Under the pieces are notes generated by a model, which worked only from the letters and a program-made list of their open reading frames with translations, made no database searches and was not told the DNA's origin. This document shows positions 1 to 13,423 of a stretch of 64,000 nucleotides of DNA, one piece after another. Positions within the stretch are counted from its first letter, which is position 1. Each line of letters starts with the position of its first letter. Source of the DNA: Dimorphilus gyrociliatus (lineage: Eukaryota; Animalia; Annelida). The position numbers were made by a program, and so were the translations under genes. Location: assembly GCA_904063045.1 (NCBI GenBank), contig CAJFCJ010000016.1:744001-808000 (forward strand). The letters run 5' to 3'.

Positions 1-59
1 GAGAGAGAAATTTAAAAAAAAATACACAGGATAAAGTGAAAATGGAAGAAAAACCGGTT

Positions 60-1094
60 TCATAATTCAGTCGGCTTATTCCTCATTTTCTCAGTTTCTG
101 ATTCTTTTCCTAAGCTTTTCCTTTGGCATGTTCGTAGCAATTGTATGGAACTTCGGCGATGATTTACATCAATTATTAAACAGAATAACGAATTGAATGA
201 AAATTGTACGGTATTTGCCAAATTTGCTAAGCTTAATGAAAATCTAAATGCTAGGGAATATTCGTGATCGCATATTAAGAGATCAACTAAATCTAAAACC
301 TCACTAGGCGTTGCCAAAATGGCAATCATCAAAGCCAGAACAATAGCCGCTATAAGAGCTCTTCTGGTAGCCTTCTTCGTCCTAGTACTTTTTGAAATGG
401 AACATGTTCTTAATTGCTTAGTTATTAAAACAAAGCAAAAGCAGAGGATTACTAGTGGTATAAAAAATCCAATTGTTGACCAGGCTAATTTATATGCCAA
501 CTGCTTGCTCTCTTGCTTAGATGCACCACTCTCTTTTGGGACTATTGTGGACCATTTTGTACCATTCGTATTATTCCATCTGTGCGACTGCTGTGTAAGA
601 AAATCTGGAACGTGTCCTAAAACACAAATAAAGAAGAGCGTTAGAGTGGCCGCTGATAAATATCGAGGATGCACAATTATTGCTGCCAAGTCACTCCAAC
701 AAATGCAGCAGTAATGGCATAGTACAATTAAAGTTGCCAATAGAACGGATAATCTGGATAGCATGTTCAACATTGCCGTACTATATAGGGCGTAGTAAAA
801 TGTGAAATTCTTTTCTTCAAACCAAAACCGATTCGCGTCTTCGCTTGCTTTTGGTATGGCCATTATGCATATCAGAAAATTAGACATTGCCCAAGATGTT
901 AAACAAATTAATAACGACCTCTCGATCGATATTCTAATATAAGAACTATGATTTGGCCATTTTTTTGAGCGTCTAGCCTCCTCCGAGAAAACTATACGCG
1001 ATGTGAATACAACAACGTTTAAGAAGTTTCCTAAGACGCCGCAACAGCTTATTAGAGGTATGGCAATATGATCAATAACATTAGTTCCCGTCAT
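60..1094 (-). CDS. Divergent rhodopsin-like (class A) GPCR, peptide-receptor type, 344 aa in one coding exon
   Basis: Seven hydrophobic segments. TM1 GVLGN, TM5 GFFIPLVIL and TM6 ILATP are recognisable; TM2, DRY and NPxxY are degenerate. A minus-strand acceptor (ttttctcacag, exon start 1117) lies 23 nt before the ATG with no in-frame stop, so an upstream exon is possible. Confidence 0.9.
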   Translation of the reverse strand: MTGTNVIDHIAIPLISCCGVLGNFLNVVVFTSRIVFSEEARRSKKWPNHSSYIRISIERSLLICLTSWAMSNFLICIMAIPKASEDANRFWFEEKNFTFYYALYSTAMLNMLSRLSVLLATLIVLCHYCCICWSDLAAIIVHPRYLSAATLTLFFICVLGHVPDFLTQQSHRWNNTNGTKWSTIVPKESGASKQESKQLAYKLAWSTIGFFIPLVILCFCFVLITKQLRTCSISKSTRTKKATRRALIAAIVLALMIAILATPSEVLDLVDLLICDHEYSLAFRFSLSLANLANTVQFSFNSLFCLIIDVNHRRSSIQLLRTCQRKSLGKESETEKMRNKPTEL

Positions 1095-3892
1095 TAAAAT
1101 GTTTGAACCTCTTGAATCTGTGAGAAAAAAGAAAACTATAAATAAAATTGACTATATCTCTATTATCTAGACTATTTTTCAGTTGTGTTTCAAGTATATT
1201 TCTTTATCTTAACCATTTTAAAATGTCCCAGACGGTTAGGTGGTTTTTGTGTTGTTATTAATAATATATTGTTTTCAGTTCCGTAAACTTGCTATATATT
1301 GTCTATATTATGCTTAGAATAACAAGAGCTTAAAAACAATTTTGACAAAGATAAAAGAACAGAAAACAGTCTGAAATATGACCGCTTTCCTTTTCATTCC
1401 GATGAATAGCATTTGCTGGCGATCACTTATTTATTAAGTACAAAAACTTGGAATATTTTTAGATAACCATCACTATTGAAATAATATCAAAGATTTAAAA
1501 TTTCTCATATCAAACATCCAAAAGTTATTAAGGGATATTAAATGAAAATGACTTTATCCTTAGCATTAAACTCTTTATTTCCATGGCTATGTAAGCTATT
1601 AACATTCAAAGTATAAAAATGAGTATATCGATAAGAGGGAACGAGCGAAAGAGAGAGAGACAGAGACAGAGAAACGCTATCAAATGAAGATAAATCCTTT
1701 TCTCTCTCTCAAATGAATTTAATTTAAAATTATTTTGACATTAAAAGAATTCATATTTCTATAATCGGAACTAATTGGATGCAAGCATATATATTGTATA
1801 AATTATTTTACATTGTCAATATTGAAATACATCATGCAAAAAAACAGAAAATGAAAATTCTTTTGATTTCTATCGTTAATCCATAAGAATACTGTTGGAG
1901 TTGAAAGAGTATTTAAAAAAAAATATTGTACTTTCTACCTCTGCAAGTATCTTCGATTTTCGATTATCAATAAAATAAAATATAATAATCTAAAACTTTT
2001 AGAATACTTTGGTTTTTTTTTTAAAAAGAAAACACCGTAGGAAAGAAATTGCTTTTATGCAGTTTTAATATATATAAAGTATATACTATACATGTAGGAC
2101 AAAGTAAGGGCGCTGAACGAGTGGACAAGATTTGAAAATAAAAGTGAAGCCATTAAAAGAGTAGAAAAATTAGAATGATAAATAGTACAATTTTGTCATT
2201 AGATAGCAAATATGGAGAGAAAATGGGATAATTATCTACTTTAGATAAAGTTAAAAGAGTATATAATTATTAATTTCTATGTTAAAAGTATAAACAAGGT
2301 CAGTATAATTATTATACCCATATAGTTTTTACAAATGTAAATTTATTATTGTCTACTGTCTGCACTATAACAAATATTTTACATTCAATACTGATTATTG
2401 AAGATACTATTACATAAATTCATTTATTACAAAGTCATCCATCCGCGTAAATAGAACTAGAGAGAGAGAGAGAGAGAGAGGGAAAGAGAGAAAAGGAGAA
2501 AGAAGGAGAGAAATGGAATAAATAGAGCAATTATATTATTTCGATACAAAACAACAAGGAGAAAAATATAAAAAAAAAACTTTAATAAAAAAGTACACAA
2601 ATAAAAAATTATAACAGAATTTATTCTATAACGCAAATATATTTTAACTAAGTGGAACAAATGGAGCAAAAGTAACGTGTATAAAGAAAAGAAAACGCTT
2701 ATATTTCTGTAACCAATTGAATAAAGTATTGTGTAGATAAGCAAAATAATAAAAAAGACATTAAAAACATTTATTATTAAAATAAATATGAAAAAAGCCT
2801 AATTTCTCTAGCAAGAAATAACAATCAATTATTCTTCTTTGTTTTATATATAGTATCTCTTTCTCTCTCTCTCGCTCTCTCCAGTGTTCTTGCTGTACAC
2901 ATATATATATATACATAGAGTATATGTATAGTGTGTATATGTATCACATGTTGCCTTAACATCTCTTTCATTCTATTCAAAGTATAAACTTTTAGATAGT
3001 TAACTGGTAAAAGAGAAAATACAGTTATTCCCTTCAAATACATTATTGGTAACTTTATGCTATAGATTCTTGTATTAATACATTTTAAAGATATTTAAAA
3101 CACTCTTATAGAAATATGATACATTTTACACATCATATTCTGCTTTTCATCAATATAAATGTCATCAAGATTTTACCTTTTTCTTTCATATTTCTCTTTT
3201 GCTTTGTTGTGTTTATCCTAATATTTTTTATGCCCAAAACTTGTTTCATTAAATATTAGTAAAAGTGCGAAGAAGAAAAATAAGGATAGAATATAAAAAC
3301 GGTTTATTTAAATCTTCCTACTTCTTCTTCTTCTTCTTTATTGAGGTGTTTTAATTAAAAAATATCAGTATTTATTCTTTATATTTTTCTTATTCTACTT
3401 ATTACGATTAGAATTCCTATGTTCAGTGCGTAAAGTTTAAAATGTAATTTATTATCTTTAAAGGGGAGGTGAGAGGAAGGCAGAAAAACGGGAGGAGAGA
3501 AGAGAAAGAACCGAAAAGATTTAATGCTATTCATCTTCAGTTGAAAATATTATTTTATACCTTTTTCACTAGCTAACTTACTATTATTAACTAACATCTC
3601 AGTATATTCCATTTATTTATTACTCTTTTCTAACTATTAATAAACTACTACGATACCAATAAATAAATACCGTTTGACGGGAGTCGATTTTTCAAAGTAA
3701 TATTGTCGCATTCGAGTATCATAGTGAAACTGACGCTCAGATAGAAACAACTAAGGAAACTGCCACTGGACGGCGTATGTAGACGGCTAATAGGCCTAAT
3801 ATAAATGGCGTCACATTTTATAAATGAAAAAAAATCATAATAATTGCATAAATTTTTCAAAAATAAGAGAGAGGATATAAAATTCTTATAGA

Positions 3893-4161
3893 AAATGATG
3901 AATTTGTGTACAAGTTTGCCTTGTAAGAATAATGGAAAATGTACAATGGACTTTAATAATAAAAACTTTATCTGCGCATGTCCAATTACTTATTCGGGTG
4001 AAAAGTGTCAAAATCCTACTAAATGTTATAATCATTTATGTAAGAATAAAGGACGTTGTTTATTATTAGGTAAACGAGATAGGAAGAGAAACATTTGCAT
4101 TTCCTATTGTACAATTATACTGTATATAGATAAATATATAGACGTAATCCTCTATAAGTGT

Positions 4162-4211
<50 letters not shown>

Positions 4212-5661
4212 TGTATATATACTGTATATATACTGTATGAAATTGAAAATTTAAGCCAAGTTAATTACAGGAGAACATGCCGCCTGTGCTTGTACACCCG
4301 ATTATTATGGAAATATGTGTCAATTTAGAAAGACTATTGGACAGGGGAGAAAATGCGACCAACATCCTTGTAGTAATCACGGTGTTTGTGTAGGTATATC
4401 CTCGTCTGTTGGGTTTAGGTTAGTAACCTTCAAATACTGTTTTACCTTTTCTTTTTTCTTTCCTCCCCTCCCCGCTACTTTTACAAATCCCTTGCTTTCA
4501 CTTAGATGTATATGCGCACCGGAATTTCTAGGCGCCTTCTGTCAAATTGCAGTCGATAAATGTTGGTTGAAACCGTGCAAGAACGGTGGCCACTGTTATG
4601 CTGTTGATCAGAAATACGTATGTTATTGTTTACCACAATTTAGCGGTGAAAATTGCGAAGGTTTGTTACTGTTTTTTTTCATCTTGAAAGTAAATAATAA
4701 TAATAAGAATAATAAGGAAAAAATGAATGTTTTTCACCATTTTCTGACGTTTTCTAAGTAAAACAAAGTAAATATCTTAACTTGTGTTAAAGAGAGTAGA
4801 AATTAATGAAAAACCTGTTTTTATTTACTTTTACTTAAAATGTTTTAATAATAAGAATTTAAACAAAAAGATAATAAATTATTCCATCTGTTTATTGCAA
4901 GTAATTTTCTCAAAATTATCAATTTCTTTGTAATACGAAATTTAATTATATCTCTTATAATGGATTTACAATCAAATGTAATTGTTATTTCATTTATTGT
5001 ATCTTGTATCTACTACTTTTGCTTAATGATATTCCTTACGAGTTTTCTTGAACATTTTATAAGTTTTATATAAATAGATAAAAGACACTGTCAAATCATC
5101 TAGATCTTTTACATGTAGTATAATGAGAAAGTTAACAGCTAATAATCATAGTGCAATGTTGACAAAAAAGGGAATTTTGACGACTTTAAGCATAATTCCC
5201 TAGTGCATAAAAATTACAAACACCATACCTCTATAATTATCTATGTAAAGTAGGATTTTTAGAAAGAGAGAGACAGATAATTGAAATGCTACATAATTAA
5301 TTGTTTTATCTTTTTTTGTATTATATAGTTTTGTTTTTCTAGTGGAAAAAGTGTTTTCTTTTTTAAAATTTCGATAGTAGACTCCTTTCCTCTCCTTTCC
5401 CATCCCCCTGTCAATATTTGATTACTTTGGCTATTCAACTATATATCTTTATATATATATATATAAATTTATATATATATATATATTCTTTGTTATTAAA
5501 CTAGTAGGAAATATCTTAATTAATAATTGATTATTAAACGTTTGATGTTGATAAAAATAATAAGCATAGCATATAAAAAATGTTTAATAACTTTTTACCG
5601 TAAAATTTCTTTCTTCTGTCTTTTTCTTTATATACCTTAAGTAATAAGTAAATTAGACTTT

Positions 5662-5697
<36 letters not shown>

Positions 5698-6684
5698 CTT
5701 AATAGTAGTAGTAATAATATTATAATAATATTAATAGTTAGATATACAAATGATTTTTCCCCAACCTTCTTTTACTTCTCATATTCGACCATTTTTCATC
5801 GGAGGAGAACGATGAAAAAGGGTTGAATTTAGGAAAGTTTTTCTCTATATGAAACATCAAGAGTTGTGGGAGGGAATCATGGTAAAGATAGATAAAGGAA
5901 AGGCGGATATATCTAGTGTTTATGATCAATAATAATTATATGTTTTCCTCTTTCTTTTCAGATTTTGGAAGTGGAAAACTGTTTGTTGTTAAAAGCACAA
6001 GTAAGGAATTAGAGTATTATTTTCAACGATTGTTTACATACATATATATGTAAACATATTGTTTACATAGACAAATTATAGTTTTGTTCTAAAATTACAG
6101 TTATTTTTACCATCTATAAAACAATAATTAGATTAATATACTAATGAATAATATCTACTAAATATTCAGTATGTATGTTTACTTTTCAATTGATCTATTA
6201 TATATAATAGATCTTATAAGTTAATTTCTTTATATAAGAACCTCCAACATATACAATTCATTTATCTGTGTAAGTTTATTAAATTGTCCTTTATTTACAT
6301 ATTTAATTCTTCCATTTATTCCTTTTTCTATTCCTTCCCTAAACTGTACATACATATATATAGTATTTATTCATAATGCTTTTAAATGAAGAAAGATTGC
6401 ACTACTTATTCCCCTTCTCAAGTTTCTTTTATTTAATATTTTATTAGCTATTATTAAATTAATAATTATGAGTTTTCTAATTTGATTAATAAGCTTTTAA
6501 TATGTTAAATCCCAAATGATTATTCTTAATCGAATAGGCTTTGTTTTCCTCTGTACTAAAAAAAGAAATCAGAAGCTTGAGCAAATGAAGTAGAAAGCGA
6601 AAAATGGTGTTTGTATGTTTGTACAGTATGTATGTATTTATATTTATTCCTGTGTGTGCGTATGTGTGTGTTAGCGTGTACGTA

Positions 6685-6720
<36 letters not shown>

Positions 6721-8951
6721 TAACTAAAAGAGTGAGAAGGAGAGAATAAATGGAAAGGAAGAAAATGAATTTTCTAGATGAGTTATAATTTGCAAAGCTG
6801 CCTTTGTTAAAAAATAAATAATCTGTCTTAACAGTTTACGGTCAATTTTACTATAAAGATTTCCAGTATTGGTTCATTTGGGAGTTGTCTTTCGCACAAA
6901 TACAGGTGGACTGTCTTTCTTTTCAATATCCCAAAATAAGCATATTGTTTCAGATGACATACTTCTTACTAGCTACGTTTATGTTTTTTTTTCTTTTGTA
7001 AAATATATAAATACAGTGAAAGAAAAATTCATTCACAGTTATACTTACTGCTATGCTTAATTATAACTTCTCGAAAGATCTTGATGAGTAAGACTTATCT
7101 GTACCATCTAACTGTTTATTAATCTTTATTTATACTTAACTACTGTTGTATATTAGCCTAATTTAAGTCCATAATTGAGGTGTAAATATAATATTTTGTA
7201 CGGTTAAAAGTAATTTTTACTGTTTGTTACTAAACTATGAATAATTTATGTATTTAGTAAAAGTTTTAAAATATTTAATCATATTTTTCCCTTTTAATTA
7301 ATCAATTAATCAATTAGTTAGTTAATTAGTTAGTTAGATAATTTTACAAATACTGTATGTACTATATAAATGAAAATTAATTAGTATTTTCATTGCTATT
7401 TTCTATCAGTTTATAGGATTAATACTGGATTTTTGTATAGAAATCTTAAACAGCTATCATCGTCAATATTTCCAATGCAAAGATCAATTTATTGATTTTT
7501 TTTTATAACTCATAATTGTATAGTTTATTAGATTTAATAGCACAAAGTTACGATTAGACATAATTAATTTGTGCCTCATTTTCCCTCAGCGTCCAACTTT
7601 CATCACTGGTCATTACTTGTTGTGGCAATATTTGTAGCAATTCTACTTGTATCAGCTATTATTACATTTATTTTTCAATGCTTTAATCTTTTGAGAAGGA
7701 TAAAGGGAAGACGTAGTTGTCCTGTTTGCGAAGAAGGTGGTAAAGATATGACTAGAATATATTTGGACGGTCACTGGCACTCCATTGACAAGATTATCAG
7801 TGAAAAGTTCAAGATTGATGGTAACGTATTAAATTGCAATATTACTTATTTTTCATTCCTCGAGCTAGTTTACTTAATTAAGACGATAGAAAGAATCAAA
7901 TATCTGAGCTGGTAAAAAATGAGGTCAAGAAGGAAACACCAACATCTAAAAGAGTCGAATGGAATATAGAATCTAAAAAGCCAGAACAAAAACTCGACAA
8001 GTCTATAGAAAAAAATTTTCTGTAAATTTTCTTCGTAATTGATTCTAGTCTTAATTAATTTAAATAATGGGTGACGTCTTCTGCGATACCCAATCGAAAA
8101 ATCTCGTTGTTGATTGTCATAAGAATTTTCTGTATGAGTGAATTTTCAGAAGAGTAAAGGATGAGAGTAAAGAACTTGAAGAGGTTTCGATCGTTAAAAA
8201 GAAAGTAGGCGATACATTATCCGACGAAGAAAAGATTGGAAAGTCGACTGGAAACAACAGGAATATGGCGCCCAATAATTCAATAAAGTACGATGTGAAA
8301 AGGGAGAATGGGAACAGAGTAAAAGTGTCTATGGACGCGTTAATTTCAAAATCGAGTGGTAAAGAGCTCAGTCAGTCAGGAAAACGCAGTCTTCCATTTG
8401 CGAATGATGACGAAAATCAAACGCAACGAAAATCCGTTGGCTTAAATACATCAAAAATCTATGACGGCCCCCTTTTAAAGACAGATCCAAATTATATAAA
8501 GAACAACACATTAGCCAGTTTTGATGATGAAAATCAATTAGTTAATAAAGATAACCAAAATATTAAAAATAAAGAAATCAATGGGAAAATAACTGAAAAT
8601 CAATCGTCTATTGTTGATCCCAGACGTAAATTGAAAAAATTGAAATCCATTACTTTTAATGAAGTTAATAAAAAAGACGTTAATTTTGATGATAATAATC
8701 TCGAAGAGAAAAATGCACAGGATGTCTTAGAACATAGACTTTCTTCAATAATCAAAGCTAATGAAAATAGTCCACAAAAAATTGAAAAGGATAAAAAATT
8801 AGCATCTAAGATGACATTAACTTCCCAACCTTATTCCGGTCGTTTCTTGAAAGCTGACCCTAGGTTTAAAGAGAAGGAAAGTAACATGAAAAATCAATTG
8901 CATTTTGCAGGAAAAAATATGGACACGAACGTAACAAGCAATCAAAACTAA
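3893..8951 (+). CDS. Single-pass membrane protein with 4 EGF-like repeats and a long K/N/E-rich cytoplasmic tail; 5' end unresolved
   Basis: Phase-consistent GT-AG exons 3893-4069, 4271-4418, 4506-4660, 5962-6000, 7590-7820, 7883-8021, 8150-8951. Four 6-Cys EGF patterns (e.g. CKNGGHC...CYCLPQFSGENC), TM segment WSLLVVAIFVAILLVSAIITFIF followed by RRIKGRR. A candidate upstream exon ends at donor 3775 with the right phase. No signal peptide found. Confidence 0.8.
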
Positions 8952-9879
8952 GGTTACAAGAGTAATCCCAGCTCTTTGTTAGTCTGCTTTTGCCTGTTTT
9001 CTATTTTTATTATATAATATATTCTACAATTGAAAATTGTTGTTTAAACTATAAGAATTATTGAAAAGTGTGCTTTTTATAATGGTAATATATTAGTACA
9101 GTAGTGTTCAAACAATATTATATATACTAATATATATACATATATATTGTATATATACTGTACAGTGTGTATAAAGAGTGTTAAGTACGCATACTATTTT
9201 CAGGTAAAAGTAACATATACTAAAATGAAAACGATTTTAGATAGACAGATGGAAAGCAAATCTAAAGCGTTTTCTACCTAAAAATAGATTTCTATACCTC
9301 TTTTCAGAATAATGCATCAGTTTTAAGCTAGTAAATATTATCTTCATTGCTATAAATGTAAGAGAATACTGTTATCTATTCAAGACAAAATTATCTTGAC
9401 TTTATAGTTTTACTAAGAGGCTGTCGTGTTTACTTTTTCAGATTTTATCTTTACAAGTTTGGCATTGAACTAAGTCTATTTTTACATCTAATAAAAAGAT
9501 AAAACTAATCTATATATAACATTTACAGTTAAAAAATTTCTTGAACTATAATTACGATAGACTCGCCTTCATTCTCTCTCTCTCTCTCTCCCTCTCTTTC
9601 TCTTTCACACTCTCCTCCTCCTCTCACTCTCTCAACCTACCACCTTATTATAATATTCAAATTAGACTAGTGAAATGTAAATTTAATTTGAAAAAAGTAA
9701 TAAACCAAGACCAAGAAACTTTTAACTGGGCGAATTATACCGAAAACGTAACTTTTCTTTTTATTCTTATCGATTATAGAGAGGAAAAAGAGGGGGCGGA
9801 GCAGACGAGGGAGAAGATCTGGCTACAAGTACATCTGAGTTTAAAAATGTGTATCAATTTCTATAAAGAGAATGCATTT

Positions 9880-9990
9880 TTAAGAGAGGGAGAGAGAGGG
9901 AAGGAAGAGGAAGGAAGGAAGGCAGAAGGGAAAGGAAGAGAGGGAAGGGAAGGGAAGGGAAGGGAAGGGAAGGGAAGGGAAGGGAAGGAG
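9880..9990 (+). repeat. Purine-rich GGAAG/GGGAA simple repeat
   Basis: Visible degenerate pentamer array; explains the tail of spurious ORF 9541-10008. Confidence 0.9.
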
Positions 9991-12490
9991 AGAACGAGTA
10001 AGAAATAAAAAGGGTAAGGGAAAATAATACGAAGAATAACTATTAAAATGCTTGATTTTAATAGCTCAAGGACATAAGAGAGATTTGAAAGTTAATGGAC
10101 GAAGTAGATGAAATGATATATATCGAAGTTATCTGTCAATTTCCATTATTCCTTGAAATAAAATAAAAAGGAAAACGTTTTGTGTGCCATGGAAGAAGAA
10201 AAATTCTTATTCATAGTTGAATGAAAGTAGCATATCTTTTTATTTACAGGGATTAATGTACAATCAGTCAAAAAAGTCAATTTACTTTAACACTAAAAGA
10301 AATTATCTGTTTGATGAAACATTATGTTTTCAAATATCAAATATTTTAATTTACTCTAATGTTCGTTTTTGTCAGAAAGAAGAGAGTATTAATTCTTTAG
10401 TCATCTTTCGATTGCGAATACCTTATACATATTAGGGGGTACATTGTTCTTATACGTCTAACATATGAAATTAAATAGACCTGCTAATATCATAAAAGTA
10501 TATAAATAGTCTATAGATACGTTTCTGACTCCATCTCTTCGTTCATCTTTTACTGTCAGTAACTCAATTAAAAGCCACAGGCCAAATCTAAGAGAGTATA
10601 AGTAGATCTTTTTTATACTCATTTTTTTTCCAAGAAGTCTATAATTCCAACACGTTTTATATTGAGTTGATGATCTTTATTGGAGAAGCAAATCATCTCC
10701 TCCAATTGATATTCTTCTGTCTCCATCTTCTTATTACGTATAAATTTAACTAGCAATAAAAAAATGACGTGTAAAGGCGATCTCTTTTTCTTTTTTATTG
10801 TTTCCTAGAAATTCTAAGTATTAGTTATTAAATTACATCATTTTTACCTATTACAGTTAACAGTTTATATAAACGGACAGTGGTGAAATATTCGCGGTTA
10901 TTACTATTCTGGTGAAATCAGTCCACACGTTTCTGACTACAGATACGTTATAAGACATCAATACGTCCAAGAGATGGCGGTAACGGTAGTAATAACTGTA
11001 CAATTTCACTTTGACACTCCTTCTCTATGATATAGTTAAAACTAAAAATTATGTTTATTACTTAAACATTCATATTTTGAAAGTTGGCTGCAAAAAATAA
11101 GAAACTATGCACGGAAAATATAGAGAAAAAGAGGGTTAAAACATATGAAAGAAGAAGAGAGGAAGAAAAGAAGAAAGAACGAATGAAAGAAATGCAGACA
11201 GGCAAAAAAGAATAGAAAAGAAGAAGATGAAGACGAAAAAGAAGAAAAAGAAACAAATAAATAATGAAAGACAACAAGGATAAATAGATAAAGCCATTGA
11301 GTTAGTAGGAATTTATTCAGAATAAAATAAGCGCCAATATTTTATGGACAGACCAAGTTTTGAACTTATAAAAAGCCGATATATCAACATAATACTACAG
11401 TAATATAAAGAAATTAGTAAGATGTCTCTACTAAACGAATACACGTCGAAAGTAACCGAAATAAATCATCCAGATCTTTTAGAGTAGGCTTATATAGAAA
11501 ATATAAATCAAATATATCATAGTTAAAGTGGTTTAATGATTACAGGATGAACACAAAATATATTTTATATATAAGATTTCAATAATCCTATAAGAGAATT
11601 TCTAAATCTATGCATTTATGTAAATCAATTATATCTTCCCACTTTAAATATATTAAGGAGAAGCATAGTCTCGCCTTCAATAGATAATTCTTATCTAACA
11701 TTTCAAAATGTACAGCAAAAATTCTAGTAGGAAACTAATTCTTTTACTCGATAATAATAATAAATTCAATGGAAATTCCCGTCTTTTTTTTATTAGATTA
11801 ATGACTCAAATTGCAAAAACCACTTTTACTTTTTGTAATGATATTCACAGTAATTCAGTTGTGCTCTATGACCGCTAGATGGCATTTAAACCTAACTGTA
11901 ATATACAAGGGAATGGTAATATTGTTAAAAACATAATTATTATATTTGTTTTTGTTCCCTTTTTGGTGAAAAGAGCATACAACTAATGTTAATCGATCCC
12001 TTGGTAAAGTTATATATTGTATTAGTCATAGCTTAATGATCCAATTTCATTAAGTTTTCGTACCAGAAGAAAAAGAGAAATTGAAAGCTTTTGTGTTGAA
12101 GGAAAAGAAGGAATAATTGCGAGTTAGACGTTATATAAATACATTTCTATACGTACGGTATATACTTTATATATAAAACTAAAAATGGTGAAATAACAGA
12201 TGACTTTAATAAAGAAATAAGAAATTCAAGTTGTGAACTATAGGATTAGTTTAATAGATTAAAATATCGATTTGAATGGAAATGGCTAGTATGACTAGTC
12301 AAAGCTTCTGAGTAAACAATTTGTATAGATATAATAGAAACAAAGTGACTTTAATAATGAACATGTAAATTTATACTAAATTATCTTATATAATGTATAT
12401 GTATATTTAAATAATTGTATATTCAATAGGATTAATTGCATGAACAAGTGGACAAACAATCAAATATGCATATAAATATCTCTTTCTCAT

Positions 12491-12529
<39 letters not shown>

Positions 12530-13423
12530 TGTATATGCACATAGCTATAAATATAGCGTATACATTGTGCATTATTTAGAGTCACTTGGAACCTAACCGT
12601 TCATTCATCCTTTTAGCGAAAACTCTTAAATTTCTTCTGCACGCCGTTGAAACTTAAAGAGTTCTAAATAGCTTTCGGGAAAATGATTTTGACCATATAA
12701 ATCTTGCACGAATTCATCTAGTCTCGTTTGATTATAAGTAGTTAATTCTCTTTCTTCTTCATCTTCACCTTTGTCTCTTGTCCTTCTCTTTCGTTTACAA
12801 TCGTTTTCATGATATTTAAAGTGTAATTGGGACTATCGAAAAGAGATATGCTTTAGAATAAAACTCAGTTAATTAATTGGATATAATAGGTGAGATAGAG
12901 GGAAGAGATTAAGATCCTATGAGAGATAATTATAAGTGTTAATGAACTGGGTAAATATGCGTCTCTTTCACAACAAAAGTAACTTTAAGATTTATACACA
13001 AATCAGAAAAATCTCATTTTTCGATATAAAGAAAGGAGGCAAATAATTTGAAACTTTAATGAATTTTATGAATAATGAATTAGATTGTACAGAAAAGTTT
13101 TAATTAAGAAGGAATAAGAAGAAGAAGCAAAGGAAGTCATCAACTGGAATATACTTAATACATAGAGAAAGGGATTAGTAGAAAAGTTTTGCGTTGTATT
13201 GTTTATCTCAAAATTCTATTTACAGTAGAATGTAAAGTTAGAAAGCATAATAAAGAACAAAGAAAGGAAAGGAAAAGAGAATTTATAATTTTATGTTCAG
13301 TGAATTAAGTAAAACGGTTCAATTCTTTACACAACAAGCAAACGTCTCGTTCTGTCTTTATTATTAACATATTTATATTATACAGTAGATCTCAAATAGT
13401 ATCTGTCAGTGTCTTCTTCTTCT

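Noticed and set aside
319-714. 131-aa plus-strand ORF
   Set aside because: Antisense shadow of the GPCR; no independent features.
6834-7000. Possible alternative exons of the EGF gene (YGQFYYKDFQYWFIWELSFAQIQ then a hydrophobic end)
   Set aside because: Phase fits, but the donor is weak and the hydrophobic tail comes from a poly-T run.
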